Origin: Octopus bimaculoides
Taxonomy: Eukaryota
NCBI RefSeq assembly: GCF_001194135.2
Contig: NC_068985.1
Span: forward strand, 72,241,831-72,305,830
Direction of reading: 5' to 3'
Length of the DNA: 64,000 nucleotides
Both the position numbers and the translations under genes were made by a program. This document shows, piece by piece, positions 25,852 through 40,084 of the stretch; the stretch's first letter is position 1, and each line of letters opens with the position of its first letter. The notes beneath the pieces are model-generated. The model ran no database searches. It was not told where the DNA came from and was given only the letters and a program-made list of their open reading frames with translations.

Positions 25852-26830
25852 GCCTAATCTAACAAATTCCCAAAGGTATTATTAAACCTGAGGGGAAAAT
25901 AGCTATTTTGTATCTCATCTTGTTTTTATCTCAAGCATGATAATAATGATAGACAAACAAAACAGAAAATCAGGACTCAAAGTTGAGACTGGAGGATTTG
26001 TGTTTGTTGTACAGGATCAAAGCCTTCCTGCTAGAAACTATCAAAAGCATGTAATAATGTAGAATACATTTAAGACATTGCAGAATATGATGAGTTTTGA
26101 AAGAAACAACTATGTTATCTCTGGCTGCCCAGTTTTCACCATGAGAGAATATGTTTACAAGTATGATACAAGCTGGAGCTATCATACACTGGGACATTGT
26201 ACCAGCATTATGAAATACCAACAGAAAATAAATAATATAAAGATATACTAGAAAAGGTATCAGAGTGACCAAATCATCACACTCTGGGATAGGCTAATCC
26301 ACAGATAGGAATATCAAGTTTAATTGGCTAGATAATGTTAAGAACTTCCAGGATATGAAATGTCTCCTATTTGAAATATGTAACCCTAACTCAACAGATG
26401 ATAATGAATCTCACATAGAAAAGATAAAATTATCCAAATATAAAGATCAGGAAACAGACATTACCCAAATGTGGAGCTGAAATCAGAAACAATCTCTATA
26501 ATAAAAGGTGCACAAACCATCTGAGGGATCTTCATGAAGTAGAAATAGATGTTTTCAAGAAACAACTTGATTTCCTGCTGTCCAGCATTCCAGATGAACC
26601 TATGTCATAGATAGAAACTCAAAAGAGAACAGCAGTATCAAACTCCTTTCTTGACCAAAAGCCAATCACATAAGAACAGTTATTGAAAAAGTGATCACAC
26701 TGATGGTGCCCCAGAATGGTTGAAACCTGTTGGATGATGTGTATTAAAGAATAAAAGAGCAATATGCAGAAAATAGCAATACTAAGCACTGCATATATAA
26801 TACAGAGTACTTCTATTGTAACAGAAGAAA
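25400..26830 (+). mobile_element. Degraded R4/Dong-like (RLE-encoding) non-LTR retrotransposon 3' region
   Basis: Remnants LNTKNTKKKDINTVAVPALSY, SGLKVETGGFVFVVQDQSLPARNYQKH, a CCHC-like knuckle, LWD..IH.DR.I....D (PD-type restriction-like endonuclease), KLSKYKDQETDITQMW and QKIAILSTAYII. Many stops and frameshifts; interrupted by (ATT)n and another LINE end. Confidence 0.7.
26525..26735 (+). mobile_element. 3' end of a CR1/L2-like LINE inserted in the R4-like element
   Basis: Reads VDVFKKQLDFLLSSIPDEP...SNSFLDQ-like, then ggtgccccagaatggttgaaac, resembling the SINE family B tail. Confidence 0.55.
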
Positions 26831-27128
26831 CAAAACATTGTGTTTGAAGTTATAACAGCAACTACAACGTAAACACAACTATTCTCATCATTTTAATGTC
26901 CACTTTTCCACACTTGCTTCAGTCAGACATGTAATTCAGACAAATTTCTTTTAGTTGGATGCCATTCCTGTCATCAACCTCAAAGAAGATTCTACTTCTC
27001 CATAACCAAACATGTTTTCGTAGAAGATAAGTAATGAAAGACACTACTTGTGTTATATTTACACGTACCATGCTATAACAAGAGAAGGAGAAACAAATAC
27101 ATCCATACATGTGTGTGCATGGTGTGTT

Positions 27129-27233
<105 letters not shown>

Positions 27234-27981
27234 ATATATGTATATATGTATGTATATATATGTATGTATGTATGTACACACACACAGAGGAACAAAACCA
27301 GTTTCTTTCAGTTTAAGTCTGTCAAATCTACTCACAAATCTTTTGCTAACCCAGGGCAATAGCAGAAGATGCCCAGGAGCCACAAAGGCATGCTAGCATC
27401 TTACAACTACATGCCTACTACTGTAAAATAATAAAAACAATGACAATAGTAATACTTCTGCTAATAACAGTTGTAGTCATTATAGCTTGCTGAAACATTG
27501 AAATCTATTTTAAAATTTTCACTATTCTGTTTCACCAGCTATAAATCCATTTTCCTATGATACAATTGTAGATTGGTTTGTTTTAGTTTGTAGTACAAAT
27601 AGTTGTAGGCTTGATTTATTGGTTGGGCATGTTCTTTGTTTAGTTCCTTTACTATCAGTTCGTTTCATTTCTGATTTTGTTTTTTGTTTTGTTTTTTTTT
27701 TAATTTATTTGGAGGAGAGGAAGCAATTTTCTCTTTGTTATTTCCAATAATTAAACTAATTATTGTAAGTAATTAGTTGTTTGTATTTTACATTTCACAC
27801 ACTCTCATTTAGTTTGACAAATAATAGTAATTCTAGCAGCTCTTAACAGCTGTGTGATTAAGTTCATGCTTTACGACCTCACAGTTCTGAGTTGAATTTC
27901 ATTTGTTTGTGTGGCACAATGGGCAAATGACCAATGTCTTGTGAAATTTGGTTGATAGAAATTGTGTGAAACCTCTTCATA

Positions 27982-28015
<34 letters not shown>

Positions 28016-28041
28016 GTCTCTCTCTCTCTCTCTCGCTCTCT

Positions 28042-28075
<34 letters not shown>

Positions 28076-29082
28076 CACACAAACACACACATGCGTGTTT
28101 GTGTGTGAATAGATATATATATATTCTGTAAATGCAATGTGTGTGTGTGAAAAATGACCAAAAATTATTGCTTCAATTAAAAAATTGCCTATGAGTATTT
28201 TATTTCTTTACCCCCCCCCACTCTCTCTCTCTTTCTTTCTCTCTCTCTCTCTATCTCTCTCTCTCTCTCACATGTTGTGCCTTGTCAGAAATGCAGTGGA
28301 ACAATGATTGTCATTTCTAGAAACTTATAACCAATGGTGCTATTGTTCAAAAATGCTTGATACAAAAATTTTTTTGTTCAATTATGAACATATCTAAATA
28401 GTAGCAGTTCAAGGCAGTTAGGAAGCATATACATGGTCACTTGACCTGATTGAAATTGCTATTCCATTTCTCTCATATAACACTCAACCATCTTAAAAAT
28501 GCAAGAGACACATTGGATAATATAAAGCCTAGATATATAATGATAGAAATTTTGGGGAAAGGAGGTTACTTGATTATTTATATCAACCTCAGTACATGAC
28601 TGGTACTTATTTTATCAAGTTCCAAATGGATGAAAGGCAAAGTCAATCTTATCAGAATTTGATCTCAGAATATAAAGCCAGAAAAATCTCATTAAGCATT
28701 TTGTCTAGCATTCTAATGATTCTGCCAGTACTTTGCCTTAATTCTAGATATTTAATAGGTGTGAAACACGAGATGTTTGTGGATGGAAGGCTTTAGATCA
28801 TAACTTTTCTTCATCAGAATCGACCAGGTGTTAAATAAGAATTGTAACAACAGTTTATTTAAGGAACAATTCTTAACTAAAGCAAAAATAAGATGTAGAG
28901 TAGATTTTGTTGATTTTTTTTTTAAAAATATCTTCTGATGGATGTTGAATATGAGATAGGAATACATATAATGAATGGGTGTCTAAGTTATTTTCTCAAC
29001 AATTAGACCTCCATATGCCAAAGAGTGTACATCATTTAATTACTAATTCCCTTATCACCACTTCATTAAGTACAATGAATTT

Positions 29083-29130
29083 CATGGCTTACTGATGAGC
29101 TTATAATATGATTGAAACATGTCTTCTGTT
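29083..29130 (+). ncRNA. Minimal hammerhead motif with palindromic stem III (PLE-type), degenerate stem I
   Basis: CTGATGA gcttataatatgatt GAAACATGTC. Intact core boxes, palindromic ACATGT, UC cleavage site, stem II with 5/6 pairs including wobbles. Stem I does not pair well. Confidence 0.45.
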
Positions 29131-31674
29131 TTTGTTGAAATAATATAAAACAATGACTAATGTTTTTCTTTTTTCTGATTTTTTTTTTCAATTATTTGTT
29201 GTTAGGTTTATAATGCCATTAAATATTTTAGCTTTAAAGCCTTATATATGTTGACTGTATAATAGTAATTACTAGAGAACCAATGCTGTATGGGCTATGA
29301 ATGAATAAATAAATATATGAAATGATAACTTTATGTATTTAGTCTCTTTCTGAAATTAGACCCCTACAAGTGTAACTTGGCAGATTGGGGTCTGGATTGA
29401 ACCAATGTGTTCCTTTGCCACTTAACTCATTATAGTCCACATACCTCTCTCTCCCAAACTGCAAAATGGTAGAAGCAGAAGACCACTTATTAAAATGTAA
29501 GCAAGTATCTACCTAAGTACAAACTCATTTCCGTAATGGTACATGGACAAGGACAAGACAATAATTACTTGTGTGTTGATACTGAGTAGGTTATGAATAA
29601 ATAAAGCTACATACGAATTAGGCTCCATGTTTAGTACAAGTATTTTGTCATGCTGTGAAAGTGGGTCATGTCAAAGCTTGGAATGAGAATTGATTAGCAA
29701 CTCATTCCTGATTAGTTGTTGAGGAACTAACAAAACTGGTTGGTTTAATCCTCATCATAAGATGACAAGGTTCTCATAGAGCCTAACTTTATACAGTAAG
29801 ACTAAATACAGTAAACATGACTCAAGTTCATCTTGTCTTCATTCACATATCTAGTGTATTATGGGAGCATACACCCCCCCCCAACTACTTGGTTGATAAT
29901 TTGTCAATGCTGGAAAGAGGAAAGGTGTAGCTGACCTTCATAGGATTTTAACTCAGTACATAGTGTGCCATAACTAAATATGACTAGATGGGTTTTTTTT
30001 GTTTTTTTAATGTGAGGTCAAGAAAGACAAACTATTCTTGTCTGAATTCAATTGTTTTGATCAACCTAATAGATATTATTAAACAAATTTTGGCAGTTCT
30101 CTTTAGTACATAAATAAAACTTCTTTACAACTTAGCTACTTTTCAGTGGTTGAGTTTCCTGTTACCAAAAGCAAAAGAAATTAAGAGGAAATCAACATCC
30201 ACAATTTGTTATATAGATAGAAAAAAATCAAGAAACACACACTTAAGTAAATGGTTTAGTTAGGGCTGAAGGGGAGTACCTACTGCCCTTTTCAAGGTCT
30301 TCATGATAAGTTGGAGGAAGAGAGAAAATTATGCTTAATCTAGAGACCTGATCTGAATATGTGCAACATGCATACAAACTAGATTAATCTTGTTATTTTG
30401 CAGCATACAGAATAAAACAATTTATAAAATAAAATTTACTCGTTTTCTCCTCTACAAAAGTGAATGAATCCAAACATGCCATATTAAAAACATTTGAACC
30501 AAATATTTTGCTTCACTTATCCTCTTATTACACTAGTGTTTTCTGTTTATAAATTCTCGAAAGTGGGTTTTTGCAAATATATTTTGGTGGAATAATAATA
30601 TAGATAGTTTCAAATTTTAGCACAAGGCCAGCAATTTCAGTGCTTAACTGGTACTCACATTATTGACGCCCACCCAAGGTTAAAAGGCAAAGTCGACCTC
30701 AGAATGCATGAGTCAAAAGAAATACTGCACAGCATTTTTTACTGATGTTCTAACAATTCTACCACCTTTGTAATAATAGTAGTGATAACAATAATTCTTT
30801 CAAATTTTGGCACTTGGTAAGAAATCTTTAGGGGAAGGAGGTTAGTTAATTGACCCCAGTGGTTGATTGGTAATTTATTTAATCATCTCCCACTCCCCCA
30901 AAGATAAAAAGCAAAGTTGGCCTTGGCAGGATTTGAACAAATAATGCAAAGCATCTTTTTCCTGAAACTTTTATGATTCTACCAGCTTACTGCCAAAAAA
31001 AAAAAAAAAAAAAAAAACCCCTTGTGTGTTTTTATTCAACAGAAAAGACCTGAAGGGAAAGTAACAGATTTTATTGGTAGGAATATGACACAAAGAATAT
31101 TCAAAGAACCAGTCTCAAAGGCACAACACTGCCAGTAAATAGAACCAAGAATTAGCTTTGATGTAAAGTGATAAATGTTTATGCATTTTCTTTTAAACTG
31201 ACTGAGATAAGTATTCTTACCTATAATTATAGACTGTGGTGATTATAGTCTAGCTTGGCTCAGCACACTTCATACAAATCAAACAAGACATGACTATGTA
31301 TGAGGCACAGGAATTTTGATGGATGTTTTACCAACCAGAGTATTCAAGTCAGTTTTAGCAGGGAAATACTTAATAATAAAGCAGCAAAAGACTTATCATG
31401 ATCATCAATATTTTAATGTCCATTTTTCCATGCTAACTTGGGGGTTGAACAGGTGTGAAATATAACATCTCAACACTCATTATTGTGCAATTATGTCACT
31501 GAGGTTCATTATCTTAAGATTTTACATCGCCTTTTTTCTGTCAGTGTTTTTTCTTTTTAATCTTCATCTGCCAATAATTCATTTCTCTTTTGTCCAACAC
31601 TCATCTCTTTGGCATCACATATCTATACCAGCACAGCCATCCCTCCTACAAACAAGTGTCTTTGATGCTCAGCT

Positions 31675-31709
<35 letters not shown>

Positions 31710-32065
31710 TTTTCTCTCCTCATTCATGCTCCACTAATCTTGCAAGTTAATGTTACACATTCAAAATATCAAGCTGCTCATGAATCTCTCCAGCTGGCCT
31801 CATTTGATGTACATGTCACATTACAAAGTAGCTTCATACTCCTTACACACTATCGCTTACCATCTTTCCTGCCAGTACTGCTGTTGCTGAATATTATAGT
31901 TCACTTCTTTTATTGATGCTGGCATTTTAAGATGTACTGATTGACTTGAATGCTGCACAGACCTGAAAACCTGTTTATAGCAGGAAGCTTAATTCTTAGC
32001 AAGCTTAACTAAATCATGAAGGTAAAATAAAAATATTACACAAAATCCTTATTTAAACACATGTA

Positions 32066-33347
32066 CAGGGGTTAGACAAAATAATGGAAACACCTTAAAA
32101 TTTCAAACAAATTTCTTTTAATATGGAGTAGGACTGCCTTTGGCAGTAATTACAGCTTCACTTCTATAAAGTATGGACTCATACAAAGTTTGAATTGTTT
32201 CCAAAGGAATTTTTCTCCATTCTTCAGCTGAAATAGTCTCCAGTTCTTGTAGTGATGATAGTGGAGGATATTGACTCCTTATTTGTTTTTCTAAAAATGC
32301 ACCATAAATGTTCAATAATATTGAGATCTGGGGACTGTGGTGGCCAGATAAAATGTTCAACTTCACTAGAATGTTCCTTATGCTATTCAGTAACAATTTT
32401 AGCTGTGTGAATTGGTGCATTATCATCCTGAAAGATTGCATTTCCCTCCGGAAACAGTTCCACAACCATAGCATGAATATGATCAGATAAAATGCTTAAA
32501 TAGTCTTCACTATTAATTCTGCTATGAAGTGAAACCATTGGGCCAGCAGATTTCCACGATATAGCCACCCTCCACCCCCACCCCGCCAGATCATCACAGA
32601 TCTTCCTCCATGTTTAACAGTTGGAAGAAAGCAGTCTGGGTCAAATGCTTCTTTTGGCTGTCTCCATGCGTATATTCGGCTGATGGCCAGAAATAAGGTA
32701 AAGGATGACTTGTCCGAGAAAATAACATTCTTCCTCTACTCTAGGGACCAATTTTGTAGGTTTTTACTCCACTCTAAACACTTTGCAACATTTGTTTTTG
32801 AAAGTAGTGGTTTTCTGATTGCAGCTCTCCTGTGAAATCCGGCTTTGGGCAGCTCCTGGCAAACAGTTTTTGTGGAAACTGGGTTCTTGAGGTGGTCATT
32901 AAGCTCTGCAGTAATTTTGGGAGCTGTACTTTTGTGATCCTTTCTAACAATTTGCATAAGAGTCTGACAGTCCCTATCTGAAAGTTCTGGTTTTCTTCTG
33001 GAGTTTTGTTTTGATGACGAGGCTTTTCACTCTTTCTCAAAGGCTGTCATTACTTTCAAGACAGTATTTCTTGATACACCAAACATTCCAGCTGTTTTCA
33101 TTACACTAGCACCTGCCATACGAGCACCAACAATTCGACCTCTTTGAAAGTCCAATAGATCTGTCATTTTAATTACCTTTTTCTGATGATATCTGAAAAA
33201 AAAGAGCAATTTTAGCAAAACATATTAAGCAACACTAATAATAAATAAAAAAAACATAAAAATAAACAAGCTTTTGATGGTTTTATACATATTTCAAAAT
33301 TAGGATGTTATGATGCTAGGTGTTTCCATTATTTTGTCCAATCCTTG
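32066..33347 (-). mobile_element. Near full-length, inactivated Tc1-family DNA transposon (~1.28 kb)
   Basis: 30-bp TIRs CAGGGGTTAGACAAAATAATGGAAACACCT (32066-32095) and AGGTGTTTCCATTATTTTGTCCAATCCTTG (33318-33347), TA on the left. Broken transposase MTDLLDFQRGRIVGARMAG...RKPLLS...VIFSDKS...KHGG.SVM...FQDDNAPIHTAK...WPPQSPDLNIIE. Confidence 0.93.
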
Positions 33348-33869
33348 TGTGTATGTCTTTAAATGGATTATGACAATGTGTTATGTCTCTTGAGCTGAAT
33401 ATAAATCTGGACATAAACACAGCTATGTAGCTTTGCATTTAATCATACAGTGCAGTACCTTAGGGAAGTGTCCTCTATCATAGTCTCAGATTGAATAAAG
33501 CCATAGTAGATGGAAACTGCATGGAAGCCCGTCAAAGGGTTTTTCTAGTTCATGAGCTGTAGACTTAATTTGTTATCCAGATTAAAACTACGACTTGTCT
33601 CAGAGTAACTTCTTTCCTTCTTACTAGTCTTGGAGGCCTTAGTAAAATGTCATATGTGCTGCTTTTTCTCCTCGTCTCCTGTAGGTGAATTCAACTTAGT
33701 ATAAAAGTTAACAAGAATCTAAGGTGAATGTTAGTTTGGAAAAAAAAACTTCTTGTGAACAAGTGAAATTAGTTTGATTTTTACTCACTAAAGGATATTA
33801 GAGTTAACAGTTCTATCTAAATTCTTCCATTGTGTAATGTACACACATTGGTGTACAATTGTGTTTACA

Positions 33870-33913
<44 letters not shown>

Positions 33914-35249
33914 GCGTTCACACACTTCACAGTTACAAAAACATTGAACTTATGAATGAATAGAAATTTGTGCTATCTTGTTAAATTAGGTATGCTCAAA
34001 GTGGATATTGCTTTAGAGAAAGAGTGATTTAAGAATAACTGCAGGTGTAAGAGTGTTCCATTCCTATGGACAGTCAGATCTTGATAAAAAGTATTCCACT
34101 GATTCTGATTTAATTCGATTTCAATGAGCTTGTTCATAAAAATGGGGTTGAGTTAGGTTGAGAATACTGGATGAAAGACTAAACTTCAAGGTGGGTAGTG
34201 CTGAATAGTTTCACACAGTTGTATGTTTGTATATTTGTTTACAAAATACATCCTTTACATTTTCAGAACCTTATATCAGAAACTATTTAATTAAAAAAAA
34301 CAATTGTTGACAGCCAGAAAGAATCAAAAATTGATTTCCTTATTTGAGATATATTCCTTCATTGTATTCTAGTACAAATCACAAGGCTAACAAGGAAAAC
34401 CAGTTAATTTCTCATGTTATTGTGTTGTTTTGCTCTTTTTGTTTTTTTCTGGTTGAATCAAGTTGTAGAAATTTGCTTTTAATTTGTATTTTTACAATGG
34501 AAACTTTGAAATTTACTTTGAAGAGTTCAGTAATACATACAACAATTATATATGCATATATACATATGTGTGTGTGTGTGTGTATACACACACACACACA
34601 AACATACATACACTTTGTCACGTTTTACAACCATTTTTACATTTAGAATTACTCATCAGGTTAATTTATGTAAAGCATTATATATTTTTCTTTTTCTTGT
34701 TAACAATTAACTTGTTCATGACATTCTTTGGAGACATTTAACTTGCTTTTTTCCATTTCTTATTCACTTTCTGTTAAAGTTTCTACAGTTTTATAATACA
34801 CTGTTTCAAATTAAATGTCTCACACTACACAAACCATATGTAAGTTGGTCATTCCTACCTCACCTTCAGCAGTTATAAAAGTATTGGTTTATCTTAAGTA
34901 GTATAAAGACTTAAGTTGATAGATTCACAAGAAAATCTAATTTTTCAAGTTAAATTACATAGAACAAGTTTATATTATAAGAAAATGTCCATCTGTCTAA
35001 TAGTCTAGCAACATTCTTCACCAACACTACAACCATTTACCAGACAATTTCCTCTGTGCCTCCTCTGCCTCTTCTATTTTTATAACAAATATAACATTGG
35101 TTTCTGCTCCTCTGAACTTACTGACCATATACCACTCAGCCATTTTACATCAACTCTACGGTGTTCTTTCTCACAAGACCTGATAATAAACTACATATTC
35201 CTATCTTTCTTCAAAACTACATTTCTCAGAAATACTCTCTCTCTCTCTC

Positions 35250-35292
<43 letters not shown>

Positions 35293-36019
35293 TTGTGGAT
35301 TTCATAACATAAGATTTCAAAATCTCACAAAGCTGCCTGTCTTTCCCAGTCTATAATGTTTTAAAAGTGCTTTAGGTGCAACCTTTCCATGTCAAAATAA
35401 TTTACAAAAATAGAAAAAAACAGAACACAATCAATACAGCATAAAGAATTAGCTACTATAATCAATTTTTAAAAACTGAAAATTTTTTGGCAGGTGAAAT
35501 AAGTTAATACAGAGCCTAAATGCTTCATGTTCTATAATTAATTAAAGTGATTTTTATTATGGTATGGCAGTCAGATATCTCTCTTTTTAATTTTTTTTTT
35601 CTATATATTTCCATTCTTTGAATTTACTATTTAAGATATATGAGTTGTCTTTTGCAGAAAATAGGAATTAATGTATATTAAAATATGTTTGAAAACATTC
35701 TGTTAGTAACAATATAGGTAACAGTTATACCATAGTTATGAGACTTGAAAATTTATTTATTAACACTTCACCCAACATTTTGGAATTGCTATTTTACTGT
35801 TGGGAAGATAATGTCATGTTTCAGGACATGGGAGATGCAAATATCATCTCATATTTTAATGAACAAGTAGGGCAGAATCTCTCTATGTAGCAGAGTTGGA
35901 AAAGGTTTTGTTCAGATTCTTATCAACAAACTGTAGAAGCTGGCTATACATGAAAGAGCATTAAGAGGCACTGTGACTTCTAGTGTATGACTTTTTACCA
36001 GTGTTTATTGATTATACTC

Positions 36020-36219
36020 TTTTACTTGTTTCAGTCATTTGACTGCGGCCATGCTGGAGCACCGCCTTTAGTCGAGCATATCGATCCCGGGACTTATTCT
36101 TTGTAAGCCTAGTACTTATTCTATTGGTCTCTTTTGCCGAACCGCTAAGTGACGGGGACATAAACACACCAGTATCAGTTGTCAAGCAATGCTAGGGGGA
36201 CAAACACAGACACACAAAT

Positions 36220-36274
<55 letters not shown>

Positions 36275-36316
36275 NNNNNNNNNNNNNNNNNNNNNNNNNN
36301 NNNNNNNNNNNNNNNN

Positions 36317-36363
<47 letters not shown>

Positions 36364-36530
36364 TACGACGGGCTTCTTTCAGTTTCCGTCTACCAAATCC
36401 ACTCACAAGGCTTTGGTCAGCCCGAGGCTATAGTAGAAGACACTTGCCCAAGATGCCACACAGTGGGACTGAACCTGGAACCATGTGGTTGGTAAGCAAG
36501 CTACTTACCACACAGCCACTCCTGTGCCTA
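36020..36530 (-). mobile_element. SINE family B full-length copy (tRNA-like head, central microsatellite, LINE-like tail)
   Basis: On the minus strand: ggcacaggagtggctgtgtggtaagtag...ggttccaggttcagtccc...gtgagtggatttggtagacggaaactgaaagaagccc-(AT)n/(GT)n-...ggtgctccagcatggccgcagtcaaatgactgaaacaagtaaagag. Many CpGs are intact. Confidence 0.82.
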
Positions 36531-39500
36531 TACTACGATTATACTTACAATATTGAAAATATTTGCTCATCTTGTAGAATAGCCCAATTTTTACCAGTTC
36601 TTCAAAATTGGTACTTACTTCTGTGAAATGTCACAATGTCATACTTTAATATAAATAGCTGTGGAACAATGAGAAATGTATCTGTATTTCATATTTATGA
36701 TAGTAATAGAACCCAGTTCACTTGCAGAATTAATTTCCAACTGGGAAATATGGGTGATTCTACAAGAGAGCCATATAATCAAATATTAGACTATTTCTAT
36801 TTAAAGAATGTTTTTTTTTTGTTTTTTGTTTTTTTTGTTATAAAATAGATTTTCATCATTTTATAGAAACTGCTTTACTTTTCAATAATTAGCAATGGTT
36901 TCTATGCCATCCCAGAAATTCTTTGCTATCTACCATTGGCTTCCACTAACACCTCACTTCCTTATCTATCTCTATTTCTAGCTGACCTTTGTTGACCTCG
37001 ACCTGACCAGGAATGTCTCTTCAGTTGTCTCTTTTCTGGATACCTATTTAACAAGCACAACTGTGTCTCTCCACAAGGCAGATTCTTCTCACTTACTCAC
37101 ACCTACCACACAAGCCAACACTGATACCTTCCTCCCCACTGCTAGTGCAGATAGTATATGTAAAGCATCTACTTCTCGTGCCACACAAACAACTAGAAAT
37201 AGTTCCTTACCTATCACATCACCTTTCACCCACTATCACTGCTTTGCACTCAGCAAAGACTTTCAATAATTCCCAGCCTAGCTGCACTATGCACTCTTCA
37301 TTATCTACTGCTACAACTAAGCTTTCAGGTAGATGTCACTATCTCATTCCCTGTCCAAAAGTATTTGATATTCACAGAGCCAACCATGTAGATCTTATAT
37401 ACAAAAATTATTGCATATGATCATTATTGTAGACTATGAAATATAATAGTTTTCAGTTCTAGTTACTTTGTTTTATGCTTTTTTCCCCCTTTTTTTCTTT
37501 TTTTCACAAAACATCAAGTGAAAAGAAATCATATAAAGATACCATGGATGACTAAGTTACACATTAAAATGATAGAGCTGCTATTGCTATATGCTTCATG
37601 ATATCACAAAGTCTTTACTATAACTTTGAATTTTGGAATTTTCTTTCAGATTTTCTGTGTTTAGAGTTATATGAGACTTCACAAGTAGTTTGAGTTCTAC
37701 AAGAAGAAAAGAAAACAAATTATTGAATGTTTAAAACTATTGATTTATAGATATAGTGTGTCTGCAGACTACAAGTAACCTATCATCTCCACTAAAATTA
37801 CAAGATTTTTCCTTTTTAACTTGCCGATAGCTATAAGAAGTTTTGTATTAATGTAATCAAGACATTTTTTTTTTTCTATTGTATAAACTAAAATATATGA
37901 CAGCTATCGTGACACAGACTTGTCATTAATATAAAAAAATATAATATAGACAAATAAAATGTTTTAAATCTGAGTTTTGTCTTTCCACTATAACATAATT
38001 ATACATAATATTATCTAAAAGTATACATTTTAACCAAATTCATTATCTAATATAGAACACTTGGCAATTAGTTCTTAGAATCAGTCAAAGTTATCCCCTA
38101 AGCTATCAAGAGAAAATGATTTTATAATGAGGCAAGTAATGAGGAATCTAGGAAATAACTGGGTAATTCTGGAGGTGCTTATTTATTATTTACTTTGAAA
38201 TCTATGTTAAATATAATTGGATAGAATTGTGTTCCTATTACCAATTTGCTTTCAACCATTTGAAGTTTGTTCATTTAGATAACATTAATGATGTACAAGG
38301 TGAAACTATTTTAGAACTGAATACAGATATTGATATTCATTTTTGTTTTTATGCTTCTTCTAAGATTCATCAATAAGAAATGCTTTTACTTCTTTTCCTT
38401 AATCACAAATCATCAAATATAAAGATAGATAACTTTACCTTGATCACAAACAAAATGATAAACAAAAAGAAATTTCTATTTTTATTAATAGTTGCCTTAA
38501 TCATAAACTTATATGAAACATTGCTTTTGGGTTTATCTTGATAAAAAAAAATCAATAGGTATAGAAATTTTAGTATGATAACCTTTAGCCCCAGATAAGC
38601 AATATAATCAGGAGATCAAAGAATATTTCCTATATTTGAATTATTTGGAGAGCTTGTGTTTAATTTAAGTTTCTATAGCATTTAGCTGATCGGAGACAGC
38701 ATTTGCTCCTGGATAAGATTGCAGTCTATTACAGACAACTTCTCTAAAAAGCTCTGGTTTCTATTATTTAAACTAGTTGGAGCTAAATGTATAAAGTGTC
38801 TCATCCAGAAACACAGCAAAATGCCTCACAAGCCAGGAATCAATACACTATCTTCACCACAAATCAGTTAATGTAGAAATTTTCTATTATAAACTTTATG
38901 CTCTGATAAGCAGCAATAATATATAATCCTTAGAAAGATATCTTAAATCCCACATGAGCTCATATAATATATTTCCCTTTAATGCAGTCTTGACCTTTTA
39001 ACCATAGGCATAGAAATGTTACTATTGTAAACGTTATCCTCATAAAACTGATATAATACATTGGCCTTTATATTGGCATAACCTTAAATCAATATTTTGA
39101 GAAATTTGCTATTATAAACCTTACTTTAAATCACAGATGAACTGATACACTTTGGATTTTCAACTATATTTCATTTGCACATTACATTTAAATATTGTAT
39201 TCTATAACGAGTATACATCTATCTGACTCATTGCTTTAAATGACTCGCAAATTCAACATATGCATATTCAAAATTTTCTTCCTAGCTTATTAATTTTTTC
39301 TCTTTTCCTTTTATTTGTTTTATCTGGGTTTTTTTAACTTCAAATTCCTAGTACTGCCACCACCACTATCTTATATTCATTTTCTAATTTGATTTGATTC
39401 CACATAATCATTCCATTTCAATTAATCTTGCAATTTCGAAACTTATCTTCAACATATCTTCTGAAGGTCACAAATGTTCCCATTAAAGAGCTTAATTTCA

Positions 39501-40084
39501 TTTCTTAAGCCAAATTTTATTATCTTTCTTGTAGACTGGCACAGCTTAATTTTCTATACTCATTGATATAAAGACAGAAAAATAAATTAAAAAACAAACT
39601 AAAAATTACATTTTTTGACATCAAATTTCCAAAGTCAGCTAATTCCATAGAAAGTAATTAAAATATACATTTGATTCTAATGTAGGCTATTAAGAACAAA
39701 TTCTTCATGAGTTATATAAACAGATTTGTTGGGGTTAGATCAGAAAATGTTTCATATATACTGGCTATTCAGACGATGTTTAGAATTACATATTCGCTTT
39801 TGTATGCGTGTGTGTGTGTGTGTGTGTCCCCACACATGCACATTTGTGTTTTGGGGGAATGTTATTACCAAGACAAGTGTTATTGACATAGTTTAGAATC
39901 CAAACTACTTGCAATACTATATTTAAAGTTCATTGGTTCCAAGTTCTGAGTCCATATCTTGCAGAGAGGAGTCAGTTTGGTTTTCATCTTAGTATAATTG
40001 AAATAACTAATAGTTAAATACTGTAGTTGACTGAGTGGTCTATACAGCTCCTCACTCTTAAGCATATTAGTTTTCTTACTAGTT

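Noticed and set aside
35824-35866. Plus micro-exon DMGDANIISYFNEQ
   Set aside because: Weak polypyrimidine tract and donor; expected by chance in 60 kb.
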